IMG/VR virus record: IMGVR_UViG_3300044695_006401
Length of the DNA stretch: 64,000 nt
Strand: one strand, 5' to 3'
Source of the DNA: a virus
Taxonomy: Duplodnaviria > Caudoviricetes
Made by a program: the position numbers and the translations under genes. Numbering within the stretch: position 1 is the first letter of the stretch; every line of letters starts with the position of its first letter. This document shows, piece by piece, positions 54,577 through 63,998 of the stretch. The notes below the pieces were generated by a model that was given only the letters and a program-made list of their open reading frames with translations, made no database searches and was not told where the DNA came from.

Positions 54577-55524
54577 TTAGAAGTCGTCTGTAAATGTTAT
54601 AGTTTCGTTTAACTTTGCTTTTTGGTATTCCATTGTTCTTGATTCAAAGAAGTTACCTTTAGTTTCAACCGCTATCTGTTCCATGAACTTGAATGGTTGT
54701 TCTACATTAAATTCTTTACTACATCCCATCTTCATTAACAAACCATCAACAACGAACTCAAGATATTGTTTCATCAAGTTAGAGTTCATACCGATCAAAG
54801 ATACCGGTAATGATTCTGTGATGAATTCTTTTTCAATCTCAAGAGCCGACAATAGAATCTCTTTGATTCGTTTCTCGGATGGTTTCTCTTCCAAATGGTT
54901 ATTTAACAAGTGGATTGCGAAGTCACAGTGTAGGTTTTCGTCTTTGAAGATCAATGAGTTTGCGTTAGCCAACCCTTGCATGATGCCTCTTGACTTCAAC
55001 CAAAATATGGAACAAAAAGAACCTGAAAAGAAAATACCTTCAACGGCCGCGAATGCTACTAATCGTTCAGCGAATGATGCCTTTTCAATCCACTCCAAAG
55101 CCCATTTTGCTTTCTTCTGAACCGCAGGTAATCTATCAATCGCATTGAAACATTCGTCTTTCTCGTTCGGGTTGTTAATGTATGTATCAATCAACAATGA
55201 ATACATCAACGAGTGAATATTCTCCATTGCCAACTGAAATCCATAGAAGAATTTCGCCTCAGGATATTGTACCTCACGGTAGAAGTTCTCGGCTAAGTTC
55301 TCATTAACAATACCATCAGAAGCTGCGAAGAATGAAAGTACATTTTTAACGAAGTATTTTTCATTTTCGGTTAATGATTCCCAATCTCTGATGTCATTTG
55401 TTAGGTCAACTTCCTCAGCCGTCCAAAACGCCGCCTGGTGTTGTTTGTAAAATTCCCATATATCATTGTGTTCGATAGGGAAGATGACAAATCGACCAGG
55501 GTTTTCTGTTAATATTTTTTCCAT
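54577..55524 (-). CDS. nrdB: Ribonucleotide reductase class Ia beta subunit
   Basis: [42 protein letters not shown]. Confidence 0.97.
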   Translation of the reverse strand: MEKILTENPGRFVIFPIEHNDIWEFYKQHQAAFWTAEEVDLTNDIRDWESLTENEKYFVKNVLSFFAASDGIVNENLAENFYREVQYPEAKFFYGFQLAMENIHSLMYSLLIDTYINNPNEKDECFNAIDRLPAVQKKAKWALEWIEKASFAERLVAFAAVEGIFFSGSFCSIFWLKSRGIMQGLANANSLIFKDENLHCDFAIHLLNNHLEEKPSEKRIKEILLSALEIEKEFITESLPVSLIGMNSNLMKQYLEFVVDGLLMKMGCSKEFNVEQPFKFMEQIAVETKGNFFESRTMEYQKAKLNETITFTDDF

Positions 55525-55551
55525 TTTTTTAATAAAATTTAATTATTGTTT

Positions 55552-56934
55552 TTAAGATTCTTGTTGTTCCTTTTGTTTCTTTTTTTCCAAAAGTTCTTTG
55601 ATCCTACTTCTATTTCTTTCTTCTTTCTGTTCTTCCAAACCTAAGAAAGTTACACTTTGTTCAGTATCTATTTCAAGCATTCCATTATCAAACTTACAGT
55701 TTTCAAACACAATACCATCTTTACCGATTCTTGACTTTGTTATCGCAATTGTGGCTAAATTCATTTCTTTCTGTTGTAGACTTTTTGCCACCGTAATAAT
55801 CACATGTCCAACTTGAGCCTTCTTAATTGATCCACCCATTTGGTCTGTAGTAACAACCTCAGAAGAAATCGAATTACGATTACCTTGTGTTGCCGTCCAA
55901 CCAGCGATATCCAATTCGTGACACATAGCTTCAAACGCTCTCATCACTGAACCTTCACTTTTCCATTCATCCCCCAACATCTTATCCGGTACAACACAAT
56001 CAATATAATCCAAAATAATCATATCAACTCTGTTCCCTTCAGCTATCATCTTTCTAACCTGATTTTTAATCTGATTCATAGTGACAGTATCTGATGGAAG
56101 TTTTTTCATTATTAATTTATTCTTCCTTGTTGCTTGGATGTGTTTTACTTTTTCAAACACCTCATCTCTGTTTTCAGTTAAATCGTCAGGATGTATTCCC
56201 GTCCAAAGTGTAATGTGTTTTCTTTGAATAATTTTTGGGTTATCCTCAAAAAATATCTGTACAACATTGTACCCTAAATTAAATGCGTGGTTAGCAATTT
56301 TAGTAGTGAAAGTTGACTTACCAACACCTGTAGGCGCTAAGATAACACCAATTTCTCCTTTTGCCAAACCACCTTTCAAAAGATTATCAATACCTGGTAC
56401 ACCAATTGGAATTGGGTGTCTGTAATCATCATTTAATACCTCGTCAAGGTTGAAGAAAACATCGGTTGTTCCTTTGTCTACTTCACCTACTTGTAATGCC
56501 CCTCTTACCATTTCTTCAAGGTGGTCATAACTCTCAAAATCACCTTTATCAATAATTGATTGAGCTTTAGTCATAACCTTCTGTAACTCTTGTTGTTTAC
56601 AGAATTTTAATGACTTTTCCTGTACAAACATTGATCCGTCGTCTGATACATTTTTAACTTGGTCTAAAGTATCTAATATACTCTTTTGAGCCATAGGAGA
56701 GGTAATTTCAGACTTTGTGAGTTGTTCTAATGTGTCAAATGTTGGTGTATGTTCATACTTAGAATAATACTCTTTTATCATTTGACAAATGATACGAAAA
56801 TATTGGTTATCAAAGTAATGTGGATCAATAACTTCAAGGATGGAATTTGAGAAATCTTTGTATAAAATAATGTTATTTAATAGTTGGATTTGAAAGGTAT
56901 TTCCCAAGTATCCGAAGTTTTTTTTGTCTGACAT
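55552..56934 (-). CDS. dnaB: Replicative helicase (DnaB / T4 gp41-like)
   Basis: Walker A APTGVGKST, ILDYID, TATQGNR, KSRIG. Confidence 0.92.
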   Translation of the reverse strand: MSDKKNFGYLGNTFQIQLLNNIILYKDFSNSILEVIDPHYFDNQYFRIICQMIKEYYSKYEHTPTFDTLEQLTKSEITSPMAQKSILDTLDQVKNVSDDGSMFVQEKSLKFCKQQELQKVMTKAQSIIDKGDFESYDHLEEMVRGALQVGEVDKGTTDVFFNLDEVLNDDYRHPIPIGVPGIDNLLKGGLAKGEIGVILAPTGVGKSTFTTKIANHAFNLGYNVVQIFFEDNPKIIQRKHITLWTGIHPDDLTENRDEVFEKVKHIQATRKNKLIMKKLPSDTVTMNQIKNQVRKMIAEGNRVDMIILDYIDCVVPDKMLGDEWKSEGSVMRAFEAMCHELDIAGWTATQGNRNSISSEVVTTDQMGGSIKKAQVGHVIITVAKSLQQKEMNLATIAITKSRIGKDGIVFENCKFDNGMLEIDTEQSVTFLGLEEQKEERNRSRIKELLEKKKQKEQQES

Positions 56935-56971
56935 ATATAATTGTTTTTCTTTGATTCTTTTATAAATATGA

Positions 56972-57424
56972 TTAAATCATTGAATAATTTAGGTATTGGT
57001 AAGATAAATTTTTGCCTGATAAAATGTCAGTTAACTCTTTCAATATGGTTTTTATTGATGGTCGTATGTCCAGGGTATATCTTACCTTCGGTGGGTACAA
57101 TTTGGCGTCGATGGTTCTATGACAAATTGTCTCATTTCCAATTTTGACCATGATGTTAAATTGCTCAGGACCATCAGTATTTGAGGTTTCAAGTACTGAA
57201 GGATCTTCCTCAATTTGATATCTATTCTCAAGCATATAGACAACACACTTGTTTCGTAATTTTAAATGGAGTTCGTTTGATAACTCTTTAACATATTCGT
57301 ACAGATCAATACTTTTCTTAGCGTTAGGGTTAATTCCCTTAACATTAAAAAAACGCTGAACAACAAAATTGTCATTAAGTGTAATTAGAAACTCAACTTT
57401 AGTTACATCATTTAGTTCTTTCAT
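56972..57424 (-). CDS. Hypothetical protein (150 aa)
   Basis: ORF track; replication operon. Confidence 0.7.
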   Translation of the reverse strand: MKELNDVTKVEFLITLNDNFVVQRFFNVKGINPNAKKSIDLYEYVKELSNELHLKLRNKCVVYMLENRYQIEEDPSVLETSNTDGPEQFNIMVKIGNETICHRTIDAKLYPPKVRYTLDIRPSIKTILKELTDILSGKNLSYQYLNYSMI

Positions 57425-57428
57425 AATT

Positions 57429-58436
57429 TTACTTTTTGTTTTTGAATTTTGACTTTTCTTTTCTTGTTAACTTTAAAAATGGTTTTAAAAAATAAACCCA
57501 ACTATCATCACTTTTTGGTAGGTATTTAAATAACCCGTCTTCCATCATCATTCGAATAAGGTTCTTGTATCCTCTTCCATCGGGATCTAATGATTCTGAG
57601 TAATATGAATCCACCATTTCTTTACCTTCTTGATTAATGAGGGGGGTACTCAAATCAATAAGTTTTTTATTAATGTCATAATACTCATCACCAAAGATGC
57701 CCTCTTTTGTTTTACCTGACAAAAGATTTTGTAGTGATTTGTTGTCTTTATTTTCTTTTAGAAGTTCTTCTCCTTTAGATAAAATATCGGTATAATCTAC
57801 AGGTTTTTCAAGTAGCTCAGGGAAAAACTTAAATAAAGTTTTTTCACCCAAGTAAAAAATACCATCAATGTTGTCCGAACTATCTCCAGTAAGAATTTTG
57901 ATTGTTTTGACATTATAATGGGGTACTTCAAAATCACTCATTTTGATAGTATCCCCATTCTTATAATATCTTTTTGCGGATGGTGAATAGATAGATACCT
58001 TTTCAGATATTAACTGTGTTAGGTCTCTATCACTTGAGAATATAGTTTTATCCTCATCTTCAGAAATCTGACAGTAGTATGCAATTAAATCATCAGCCTC
58101 AGAATTTTCAACCTCAACTTGTCTTACAAACATCTCTTCAAGATATTGTTTAACTCGTTGTTTCTGACCTTCGTAAGATTCTTGCTTATACTCATTTGAA
58201 GCTTCTTTTCGGTTTAATTTGTATTTTGGGTATATCAACCTTCTCTGTGACGAGTTTGTTTCACTATCCCAAAAGACAACAACTTTGTTATAGTTGTTTT
58301 CCTCTATGAATCTTCTTAAGGTATTTAAAAAGTGCCAAATAGCACCGATATGTTGTCCGTTATGAAAGTAATCTTTCACTCCGTGGAAACCAATTTTTAT
58401 TAAATTGTTCCCATCAACCAATAAGGTTTTTGTCAC
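57429..58436 (-). CDS. 5'-3' exonuclease / flap endonuclease (Pol I N-terminal / T4 RNase H-like)
   Basis: LLVDGNN, VFWD, YPKYKLNR, EADDLIA, SSDRDLTQL, GDSSDNIDG. Confidence 0.92.
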   Translation of the reverse strand: MTKTLLVDGNNLIKIGFHGVKDYFHNGQHIGAIWHFLNTLRRFIEENNYNKVVVFWDSETNSSQRRLIYPKYKLNRKEASNEYKQESYEGQKQRVKQYLEEMFVRQVEVENSEADDLIAYYCQISEDEDKTIFSSDRDLTQLISEKVSIYSPSAKRYYKNGDTIKMSDFEVPHYNVKTIKILTGDSSDNIDGIFYLGEKTLFKFFPELLEKPVDYTDILSKGEELLKENKDNKSLQNLLSGKTKEGIFGDEYYDINKKLIDLSTPLINQEGKEMVDSYYSESLDPDGRGYKNLIRMMMEDGLFKYLPKSDDSWVYFLKPFLKLTRKEKSKFKNKK

Positions 58437-58457
58437 TTTTTTGTTTTTTAATTGTTA

Positions 58458-59465
58458 CTACTCTACTTCTTCTTTTTCTGCTTTCAAATCGAAGTCACCA
58501 TCAACTCCAATAATCTCCTTCCAATACTCAGCATATTCTTTCTTATACTTTTCTACGGAAGACTTCTCCTCGGCCGTGTCTTTACCCGGTAAGAACCCGT
58601 GTGGTGTTACAATAATTCTACCGTCTTCAAACCCAAGTCCGTTGATGTGATTTTTCATAACGGATACTTTTGTTCGTGTGGCAAACTTTACTGTTCGTTT
58701 GTCTTTGGTTGCCGTAATCTTAGTTGTACCAGCACCTTTTTGATTTCCAAACAAGAACACCAATGATGAGTTTAACCAAATAGCTTCACCACCTTTTGCT
58801 TTAATTTTAGGTTGACCAAATGGGTTATCAGGTAATTCAACCCAAGGTTGATTCACAATGATAAGGGTATTTTCAAACTTAGAATCAGATTTACGCGATC
58901 CTGAAATTCTTTGATTAATTCCCATACCAATCTTGTCTGCTAAAACACTTGCATTGTGTTGCTTACCACCTTTACCTTCATATGTCATCTTACAAGGAAC
59001 AGACCCCACTGAATCCCATAAGAAACATAATGAATAATCCAACTCACCCTTCTCTTGTGCATCTAACAAACTATTGATGTAATCTGTAATTTGTTCGATG
59101 TATTCAAAGTTATTGTTGAAGATAAAGAATCCGTCCCAATCAAGTTCTCCCGTTTCTTCATCAACCACTTCTTCACATTCAAATCCCATTAGTTTTGCAT
59201 GTTCAAAAGACCACTTCTGCTCTGTAATGATGAACACAGGTAAAATACCTTTCTTTTGTGCATCAACAGCAGTTTTAACTAATGCTGTGGTTTTTCCTGT
59301 ATCAGAGTGACCTAACAACATATTAAGGTGCCCAATAGCGGGACCAGGTAATCCAACCGCATCTAAGAACTCAGAACCCAAATCAAAAAATCTTTGTGGT
59401 TTGTACTTCGCCGATGTGGAGAATTTTTTCTTTAATGAACCGAAATCGTTTTTCTTAATAGCCAT
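58458..59465 (-). CDS. recA: RecA/UvsX-like recombinase
   Basis: Walker A GHSDTGKTT, LWDSVGS, IIVNQ, KGGEA, KNHING. Confidence 0.9.
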   Translation of the reverse strand: MAIKKNDFGSLKKKFSTSAKYKPQRFFDLGSEFLDAVGLPGPAIGHLNMLLGHSDTGKTTALVKTAVDAQKKGILPVFIITEQKWSFEHAKLMGFECEEVVDEETGELDWDGFFIFNNNFEYIEQITDYINSLLDAQEKGELDYSLCFLWDSVGSVPCKMTYEGKGGKQHNASVLADKIGMGINQRISGSRKSDSKFENTLIIVNQPWVELPDNPFGQPKIKAKGGEAIWLNSSLVFLFGNQKGAGTTKITATKDKRTVKFATRTKVSVMKNHINGLGFEDGRIIVTPHGFLPGKDTAEEKSSVEKYKKEYAEYWKEIIGVDGDFDLKAEKEEVE

Positions 59466-59466
59466 A

Positions 59467-59688
59467 TTACAATTCGTATACTTTAAATTCTGTAATGGTC
59501 TCTAACTTATCTTTTGCGTCAGTAAGTTGTCCAACCAAATTATCCATTTCTTCTGTGTGTTGTGGATGTTCTCCAATACCAACAGAGTTTGAGAAATAAA
59601 TATATAAACGAGCTTCGGCATCTGCGATCTCAGCTTCATACTTTTTAATCAAAGCGTCTTTTAATTTTTCTGCAATAATTGGTTTCAT
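59467..59688 (-). CDS. Hypothetical helical protein (73 aa)
   Basis: ORF track; SVGIGEHP motif between two helices. Confidence 0.7.
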   Translation of the reverse strand: MKPIIAEKLKDALIKKYEAEIADAEARLYIYFSNSVGIGEHPQHTEEMDNLVGQLTDAKDKLETITEFKVYEL

Positions 59689-59710
59689 TTTTTTGTTTTA
59701 ATTAGTTAAT

Positions 59711-59746
59711 AAAAAAAGCATGAACACTTGCAAGGTATCCATGCTT
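59711..59746 (-). terminator. Terminator after ssb
   Basis: Stem AAGCATG (59716-59722) / CATGCTT (59740-59746), extendable by G-U pairs; T run follows on the minus strand. Confidence 0.7.
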
Positions 59747-59756
59747 CGATGATTTT

Positions 59757-60611
59757 TTAGAACGGTAAATCTTCTGCCGGTTCTTCATTGGCCTGTGGGT
59801 CCGCAGGTGTTGGTGTTTCTTGTTTGTTTCCACCTAATGAAATTTCAGCTTCTTCACCATATACATATTTTTTAAGTTCAGAAGACCAAATTGGTGTTTC
59901 TCCAACCGCTACGGCTTCTAAATACTCTACAGGTTTTTTAGAGTAAACATCGTTCCATGTAAGTTCATCCTGAACCCATCCGTCCATAATTTCTTTATCT
60001 TCGTGAAGTGGTTGTGGGTCATCATACATGATTGTTTGAATAACTGTGTATTCTTTACCCTGTGGTGTTTTAGCCTTTGTTAGTTCGATGATTAAGTCAC
60101 GACCTTTTTCTGCGTCTGTAACATCACCTTTAGCCTTCCAAATAGGGAGAATTTTATCTAACACACCTTCTTGTTTGTAGTTGTGTTTAAATCTCCAAAA
60201 TTTAACACCATCTTGTTCATTATCACGGTCAACTACTTTAACGATATAAAACAATCGAGATCTATATTGTGAAGCCAATTCTTTGTCTTCTTTTTTACCT
60301 GTAGAGATAAGTTCGTTATATACTTCGGTCAATGGTGATCGTTCGTTGTCATTTTTATCAGGGTCATACAACTTAACCCATTGTCCGTTTACTTGGATCT
60401 CGTGATACCATACTTCAACAAACGGAGACGATCCATCTTTAGTAGGTAAAATACGAATTCTTCGTGATGCAGATTTTTCATTCTTTTGTAAAATTGCTGA
60501 AAAATACTTTTTCAAACGGTCTTCTTGTGAAATGTTTGATCGTTGTGAACTCGATGTTGTTGAGTTCTTTTCGTACTGTGCAAGTACTGAATCTAATACT
60601 GAATTTGCCAT
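59757..60611 (-). CDS. Single-stranded DNA-binding protein (T4 gp32-like)
   Basis: IRILP...PFVEVWYH, FYIVKVVDR...GVKFWRF, GRDLIIE; acidic tail ending AEDLPF. Confidence 0.85.
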   Translation of the reverse strand: MANSVLDSVLAQYEKNSTTSSSQRSNISQEDRLKKYFSAILQKNEKSASRRIRILPTKDGSSPFVEVWYHEIQVNGQWVKLYDPDKNDNERSPLTEVYNELISTGKKEDKELASQYRSRLFYIVKVVDRDNEQDGVKFWRFKHNYKQEGVLDKILPIWKAKGDVTDAEKGRDLIIELTKAKTPQGKEYTVIQTIMYDDPQPLHEDKEIMDGWVQDELTWNDVYSKKPVEYLEAVAVGETPIWSSELKKYVYGEEAEISLGGNKQETPTPADPQANEEPAEDLPF

Positions 60612-60646
60612 AAATAAATTTTTAATTATTACTCTTTTATCTACAA

Positions 60647-60677
60647 CAAATATAAGTGAATATTCAAGTTTGTCAAA
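60647..60677 (-). promoter_or_regulatory. Consensus Bacteroidota housekeeping promoter TTTG-N19-TATATTTG
   Basis: TTTG at 60677-60674, 19-nt spacer, TATATTTG at 60654-60647. Confidence 0.75.
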
Positions 60678-60703
60678 TAAAAAAGGGACCGTAAAGTCCC
60701 TTT
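60678..60703 (-). terminator. Terminator closing the upstream structural operon
   Basis: Stem AAAGGGAC (60682-60689) / GTCCCTTT (60696-60703), then a T run on the minus strand. Confidence 0.75.
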
Positions 60704-60723
60704 ATATTATGTTTAATTTTTTT

Positions 60724-61395
60724 TTAGTTTTGGTCTTCGTTATCGTAGATATTGAAAGTTTTTTTGATCTCCCCTGGTGAAAAGTTTTCAACATCGTCTG
60801 AAGTTAAAACATATTCATTTTTTCCCGTTTTATCCATTTCAACTTCTTTGTCTTGGAAAAAATCAGTAAGTTTTTGATTATAAGGATATGAGTCTAACGA
60901 TCTTAACATAAGTTTTTCCTCTGGTGTTTTTTCTCTATACTTATCGAATTTATTTTCAAGGTTATTTATTTTATCCATGATTTGATCCATCGTATTCAAC
61001 TTACTTTCTAAATCATCTAACTTTGAGAACATGTTAGTCATAAATTCCTCTTGTTTTGTTTTGATTTCCTGTTGGTTAGTTACTAAATCGGTAATATCAA
61101 TTTCTTCTGTATCTTCGGTTTCTGTACCAGTCCCTTCGGCATCCACTTCTTCTACATCAGGGTCCGATTGTATATCAATAGGTTCTGCCACTTCTTCAGG
61201 TGCTGCTGCATCTGTACCTGTTGCAGCTTCAGGTGCCGCTGCGGCATCAGGTGCTGCCGGAGTCGTTGCGGTGGCATCGGCCTCAGGAGTAGGTTCTTCC
61301 TCAGGTAATGGAGCATCTCCTTGTTCTTTTAGTATGTAGGTATTAATTTGATTAAACCTTTTTAGTTCTTCGATGATTTTTTTATCAATATTCAT
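60724..61395 (-). CDS. Acidic protein with Ala/Pro linker and coiled coil, putative virion/head-associated (start revised to 61395, MNIDKK)
   Basis: The ATG lies 10 nt after the upstream TAA; the track start overlaps the previous gene. Confidence 0.65.
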   Translation of the reverse strand: MNIDKKIIEELKRFNQINTYILKEQGDAPLPEEEPTPEADATATTPAAPDAAAAPEAATGTDAAAPEEVAEPIDIQSDPDVEEVDAEGTGTETEDTEEIDITDLVTNQQEIKTKQEEFMTNMFSKLDDLESKLNTMDQIMDKINNLENKFDKYREKTPEEKLMLRSLDSYPYNQKLTDFFQDKEVEMDKTGKNEYVLTSDDVENFSPGEIKKTFNIYDNEDQN

Positions 61396-61405
61396 TACCT
61401 TATTT

Positions 61406-61630
61406 TTATCCGTTAAGTAATGTCTTAACACCTGTCGGTGTTTCGACTTTTAATGTTCTATTAGTTTTCATAGTGTTGTCAACTCTTTCAATAAGACCAT
61501 CTTTCATTCTTATCGTATAACAATCACCTGTATCTAAATCACAAACTTCTTGATAACCATTACCACTATCTCTTTGGGTAACTCTAGTATCTTTTTTTAG
61601 ATAGTCGTCTAAAAGTGCTTTCATGTTCAT
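61406..61630 (-). CDS. Hypothetical protein (74 aa)
   Basis: ORF track; CDLDTGDC motif; late-type motif upstream. Confidence 0.7.
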   Translation of the reverse strand: MNMKALLDDYLKKDTRVTQRDSGNGYQEVCDLDTGDCYTIRMKDGLIERVDNTMKTNRTLKVETPTGVKTLLNG

Positions 61631-61641
61631 AATAATTTCTA

Positions 61642-61649
61642 TATAAATA
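61642..61649 (-). promoter_or_regulatory. TATTTATA motif 11 nt upstream of ATG 61630
   Basis: Recurrent motif. Confidence 0.5.
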
Positions 61650-61655
61650 TATCGT

Positions 61656-63998
61656 TTATGGGAAATAAGTTACCGCAAGCTCAACAAGTTGTTGATATGC
61701 ACTATATACACTTGGTAAAATAGTTTCATTCTGTACATTTGTGAGAACAAAATCCTTCATTTGACTTGCACTTTTTCCTGTAAAACCGTAACCCGTATCC
61801 CAAGTCGCAATAATAAATTGAGCGATTGCTTGTTTTGTAGTTTCTTGTTGGTTACCAGTATTTAAAAGTTTCATTTCCTCAACTATTGGTCCTAAATTTT
61901 GATACAACTTGTAAGTAATTTCTATTGATTCGATGGCTTGTGCAAATGAGAATAATGGATTGGTTACATTATCAACACTAGTACACACCAAGGAATTAAG
62001 TCTTGGGTCGTCGCTGTATGTGTTTTTACCCGTCAACTCAAACAAGTTATTGTTAATAGGTTGTAATAGATTATCCTCGAAACCATTTGAAGATCTTGTA
62101 ATTGCAATAACAAAAAGTGTAATAGCAATATTTTTATCAATACTTGGTATTGATTTGATGAGGTTAGCAAATTCATTAAAGGTCAAATTACTTCTACTGA
62201 TGGCAACAAAAGGTAAGGTGGAGTATTTTGAATTAACTAATAACTGACATTCATCTTCAGGTTTCAATGTTGTTCCAACCGCCTCAGGTTGATCAAGGTT
62301 AGTTGTCGCTCCTTGTGGTGCTGAGATAGGGTTAGGTCTTTGAAGTGCAATACTTTTATACTTCTCTAAATAATTCTGTTTTATATATGTTGCCATACTA
62401 TCGGGTGGTGGTAATTCATATATTGGCATTCTAGTACCTTTGAATTCTGTTTCAAATCCTTGAGGAGAGATTCTATGTTCAACACTATATATTTGATATG
62501 ATCCCGCAAAAAGTGGAACATGTCTCAAATTGAAGTACATAAGTGGTTGTATCATCACATTACCTAAGGATGAAACTGTACAGCTATATGAAGAACTTAA
62601 ATATAAAGAATATATTGAGGATGTTTGTTGAGCGATTGAATCCCCATTTACACCATTTGCAATTTGGTCTCTCACTAAAAATGTTGCTCCTGTTGGTTTT
62701 TTTTCGTCCATACCAACTTCTAAATTTGAGAACATATTTTGGTTTTGAATACCAAAGTCTACGGTAAACGCAACCACTTTATTTGAAAGTGAAAAATTGT
62801 ATGGTGGTGTTACAGGTATTCTTACAGGACAAGTAGACGGGTTTCTAAAATCATAACTATCGTCATTATATAATACCGTATTATTATTTGACTTAGGGTG
62901 TTCTGATGTTTTACCAACATACGACAAAACAAACTTTGGTTTAGAGTCTATGTAGTTAACTTCAGCATATGTACCGAACAGTGAGTTTGGTAAATCAATA
63001 GGTTTAGGTATTGCGTTTGGTGTTGGCGATTGGTTTCCATAAAAATTAATGTATGCTGGCATCGCGTAAAATAACATATTGTCAATTACAGTCATAATTG
63101 TATCAACGGTGTCCAATATTGTCATTGTTTTTCTTTCTTTCAATAATTTTGCAATTTGTATAACATTTACTTGAAGTGTTCCGCCGATATCACCATTTCC
63201 TGCATTTACAAAAATGAAGTCTTCAAATAATGTTTTACTTTTAAAATCTCCACCCGCAATCCATTTATCATTGAAAGCTTGGAATGTGTTGTATGTACTT
63301 AGTTTAGTAACATTACCACTTACATTCGATCCTACACCTTCTATCTCTGTTTTTGTATTCGGTAGATTTTTGTTTAATCTCGAAGAGATTTCTCGAACCA
63401 TATCACTCTGTAGTGAATTCAAGTCATCTAAAAACTGATTGTAGTCACCGAAGAAATTATCAATATCCCAAGACCCACCGTCATACAATGTTTTGAATTT
63501 TTGAAAAGCATAAATCTTAATTAACGGGTATAAAGTTTGAACATTTGAAGATGAAAATTCAATATTATTATCAATAAAGAAATCAGTAATTGTAGATCCA
63601 CTATCCGAATATAATACATTATTGTTTACTGAGAATCCAACATATTTTTGTAGTTCTATCCAAGATTCAGAATTTAAAGATTGGCTGTCTAAAAGAGAAA
63701 CACCTGTTCCATCACCAGGGAGAGTCCCCAAAACATATTCTGAGTATGTTAGTGGTTGTAATGGTTTTAGAGTATCATCAGTTGAAAAACTATTGAATAC
63801 TTTTCTGTTGAAATTGGAAGGGTTACCTATTTTGAGAATACAATCAAAATTTATAAACTCCTCGAGTTTTTTTGACATGTTAATTTGCTGTACTTGTGCA
63901 ATATTTACCGCGTCTATGTTTTCTTGATTTATAATTGGGTTTGTTAAATCAGTTTCTTTAACAACAAACAAATTCAATATTTGATCTCTTAATCTCCT
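61656..63998 (-). CDS. C-terminal part of a large baseplate hub-like protein (gp27/gp44/gpD-like); start lies beyond the window
   Basis: The frame is open to the window end; GSYQIYSVEHRISPQGFETEFKG resembles the hub/late-control-D C-terminal motif. Confidence 0.6.
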   Translation of the reverse strand, partial: RRLRDQILNLFVVKETDLTNPIINQENIDAVNIAQVQQINMSKKLEEFINFDCILKIGNPSNFNRKVFNSFSTDDTLKPLQPLTYSEYVLGTLPGDGTGVSLLDSQSLNSESWIELQKYVGFSVNNNVLYSDSGSTITDFFIDNNIEFSSSNVQTLYPLIKIYAFQKFKTLYDGGSWDIDNFFGDYNQFLDDLNSLQSDMVREISSRLNKNLPNTKTEIEGVGSNVSGNVTKLSTYNTFQAFNDKWIAGGDFKSKTLFEDFIFVNAGNGDIGGTLQVNVIQIAKLLKERKTMTILDTVDTIMTVIDNMLFYAMPAYINFYGNQSPTPNAIPKPIDLPNSLFGTYAEVNYIDSKPKFVLSYVGKTSEHPKSNNNTVLYNDDSYDFRNPSTCPVRIPVTPPYNFSLSNKVVAFTVDFGIQNQNMFSNLEVGMDEKKPTGATFLVRDQIANGVNGDSIAQQTSSIYSLYLSSSYSCTVSSLGNVMIQPLMYFNLRHVPLFAGSYQIYSVEHRISPQGFETEFKGTRMPIYELPPPDSMATYIKQNYLEKYKSIALQRPNPISAPQGATTNLDQPEAVGTTLKPEDECQLLVNSKYSTLPFVAISRSNLTFNEFANLIKSIPSIDKNIAITLFVIAITRSSNGFEDNLLQPINNNLFELTGKNTYSDDPRLNSLVCTSVDNVTNPLFSFAQAIESIEITYKLYQNLGPIVEEMKLLNTGNQQETTKQAIAQFIIATWDTGYGFTGKSASQMKDFVLTNVQNETILPSVYSAYQQLVELAVTYFP

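Noticed and set aside
52146-59465. Inteins or introns in nrdA, nrdB, dnaB or recA
   Set aside because: Protein lengths are ordinary, ORFs are uninterrupted, and no intein or homing-endonuclease motifs are seen.
2359-61649. T4 gp55-type late promoter TATAAATA
   Set aside because: The string occurs on the plus strand but the downstream genes are on the minus strand, so the coding-strand motif is TATTTATA.
22198-62767. Short alternative-frame minus-strand ORFs inside structural genes (e.g. 23478..23660, 31691..31981, 33173..33604, 37096..37323, 39672..40067, 46338..46532)
   Set aside because: They are nested in longer ORFs, and their His/Gln/Leu or Val/Gln bias is the frameshifted reading of the TP and GSS repeats. 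I saw no slippery-site evidence.
981-63927. Many short plus-strand ORFs in the track (e.g. 981..1196, 5404..5739, 11141..11503, 19462..19953, 31717..32016, 47933..48343, 54683..55120, 61031..61339, 61933..62247)
   Set aside because: They lie wholly antisense to well-supported minus-strand genes and read as reverse-complement shadows (e.g. GVGVGV opposite TPTPTP). Only 3289..3450 and 4400..5044 occupy free space.
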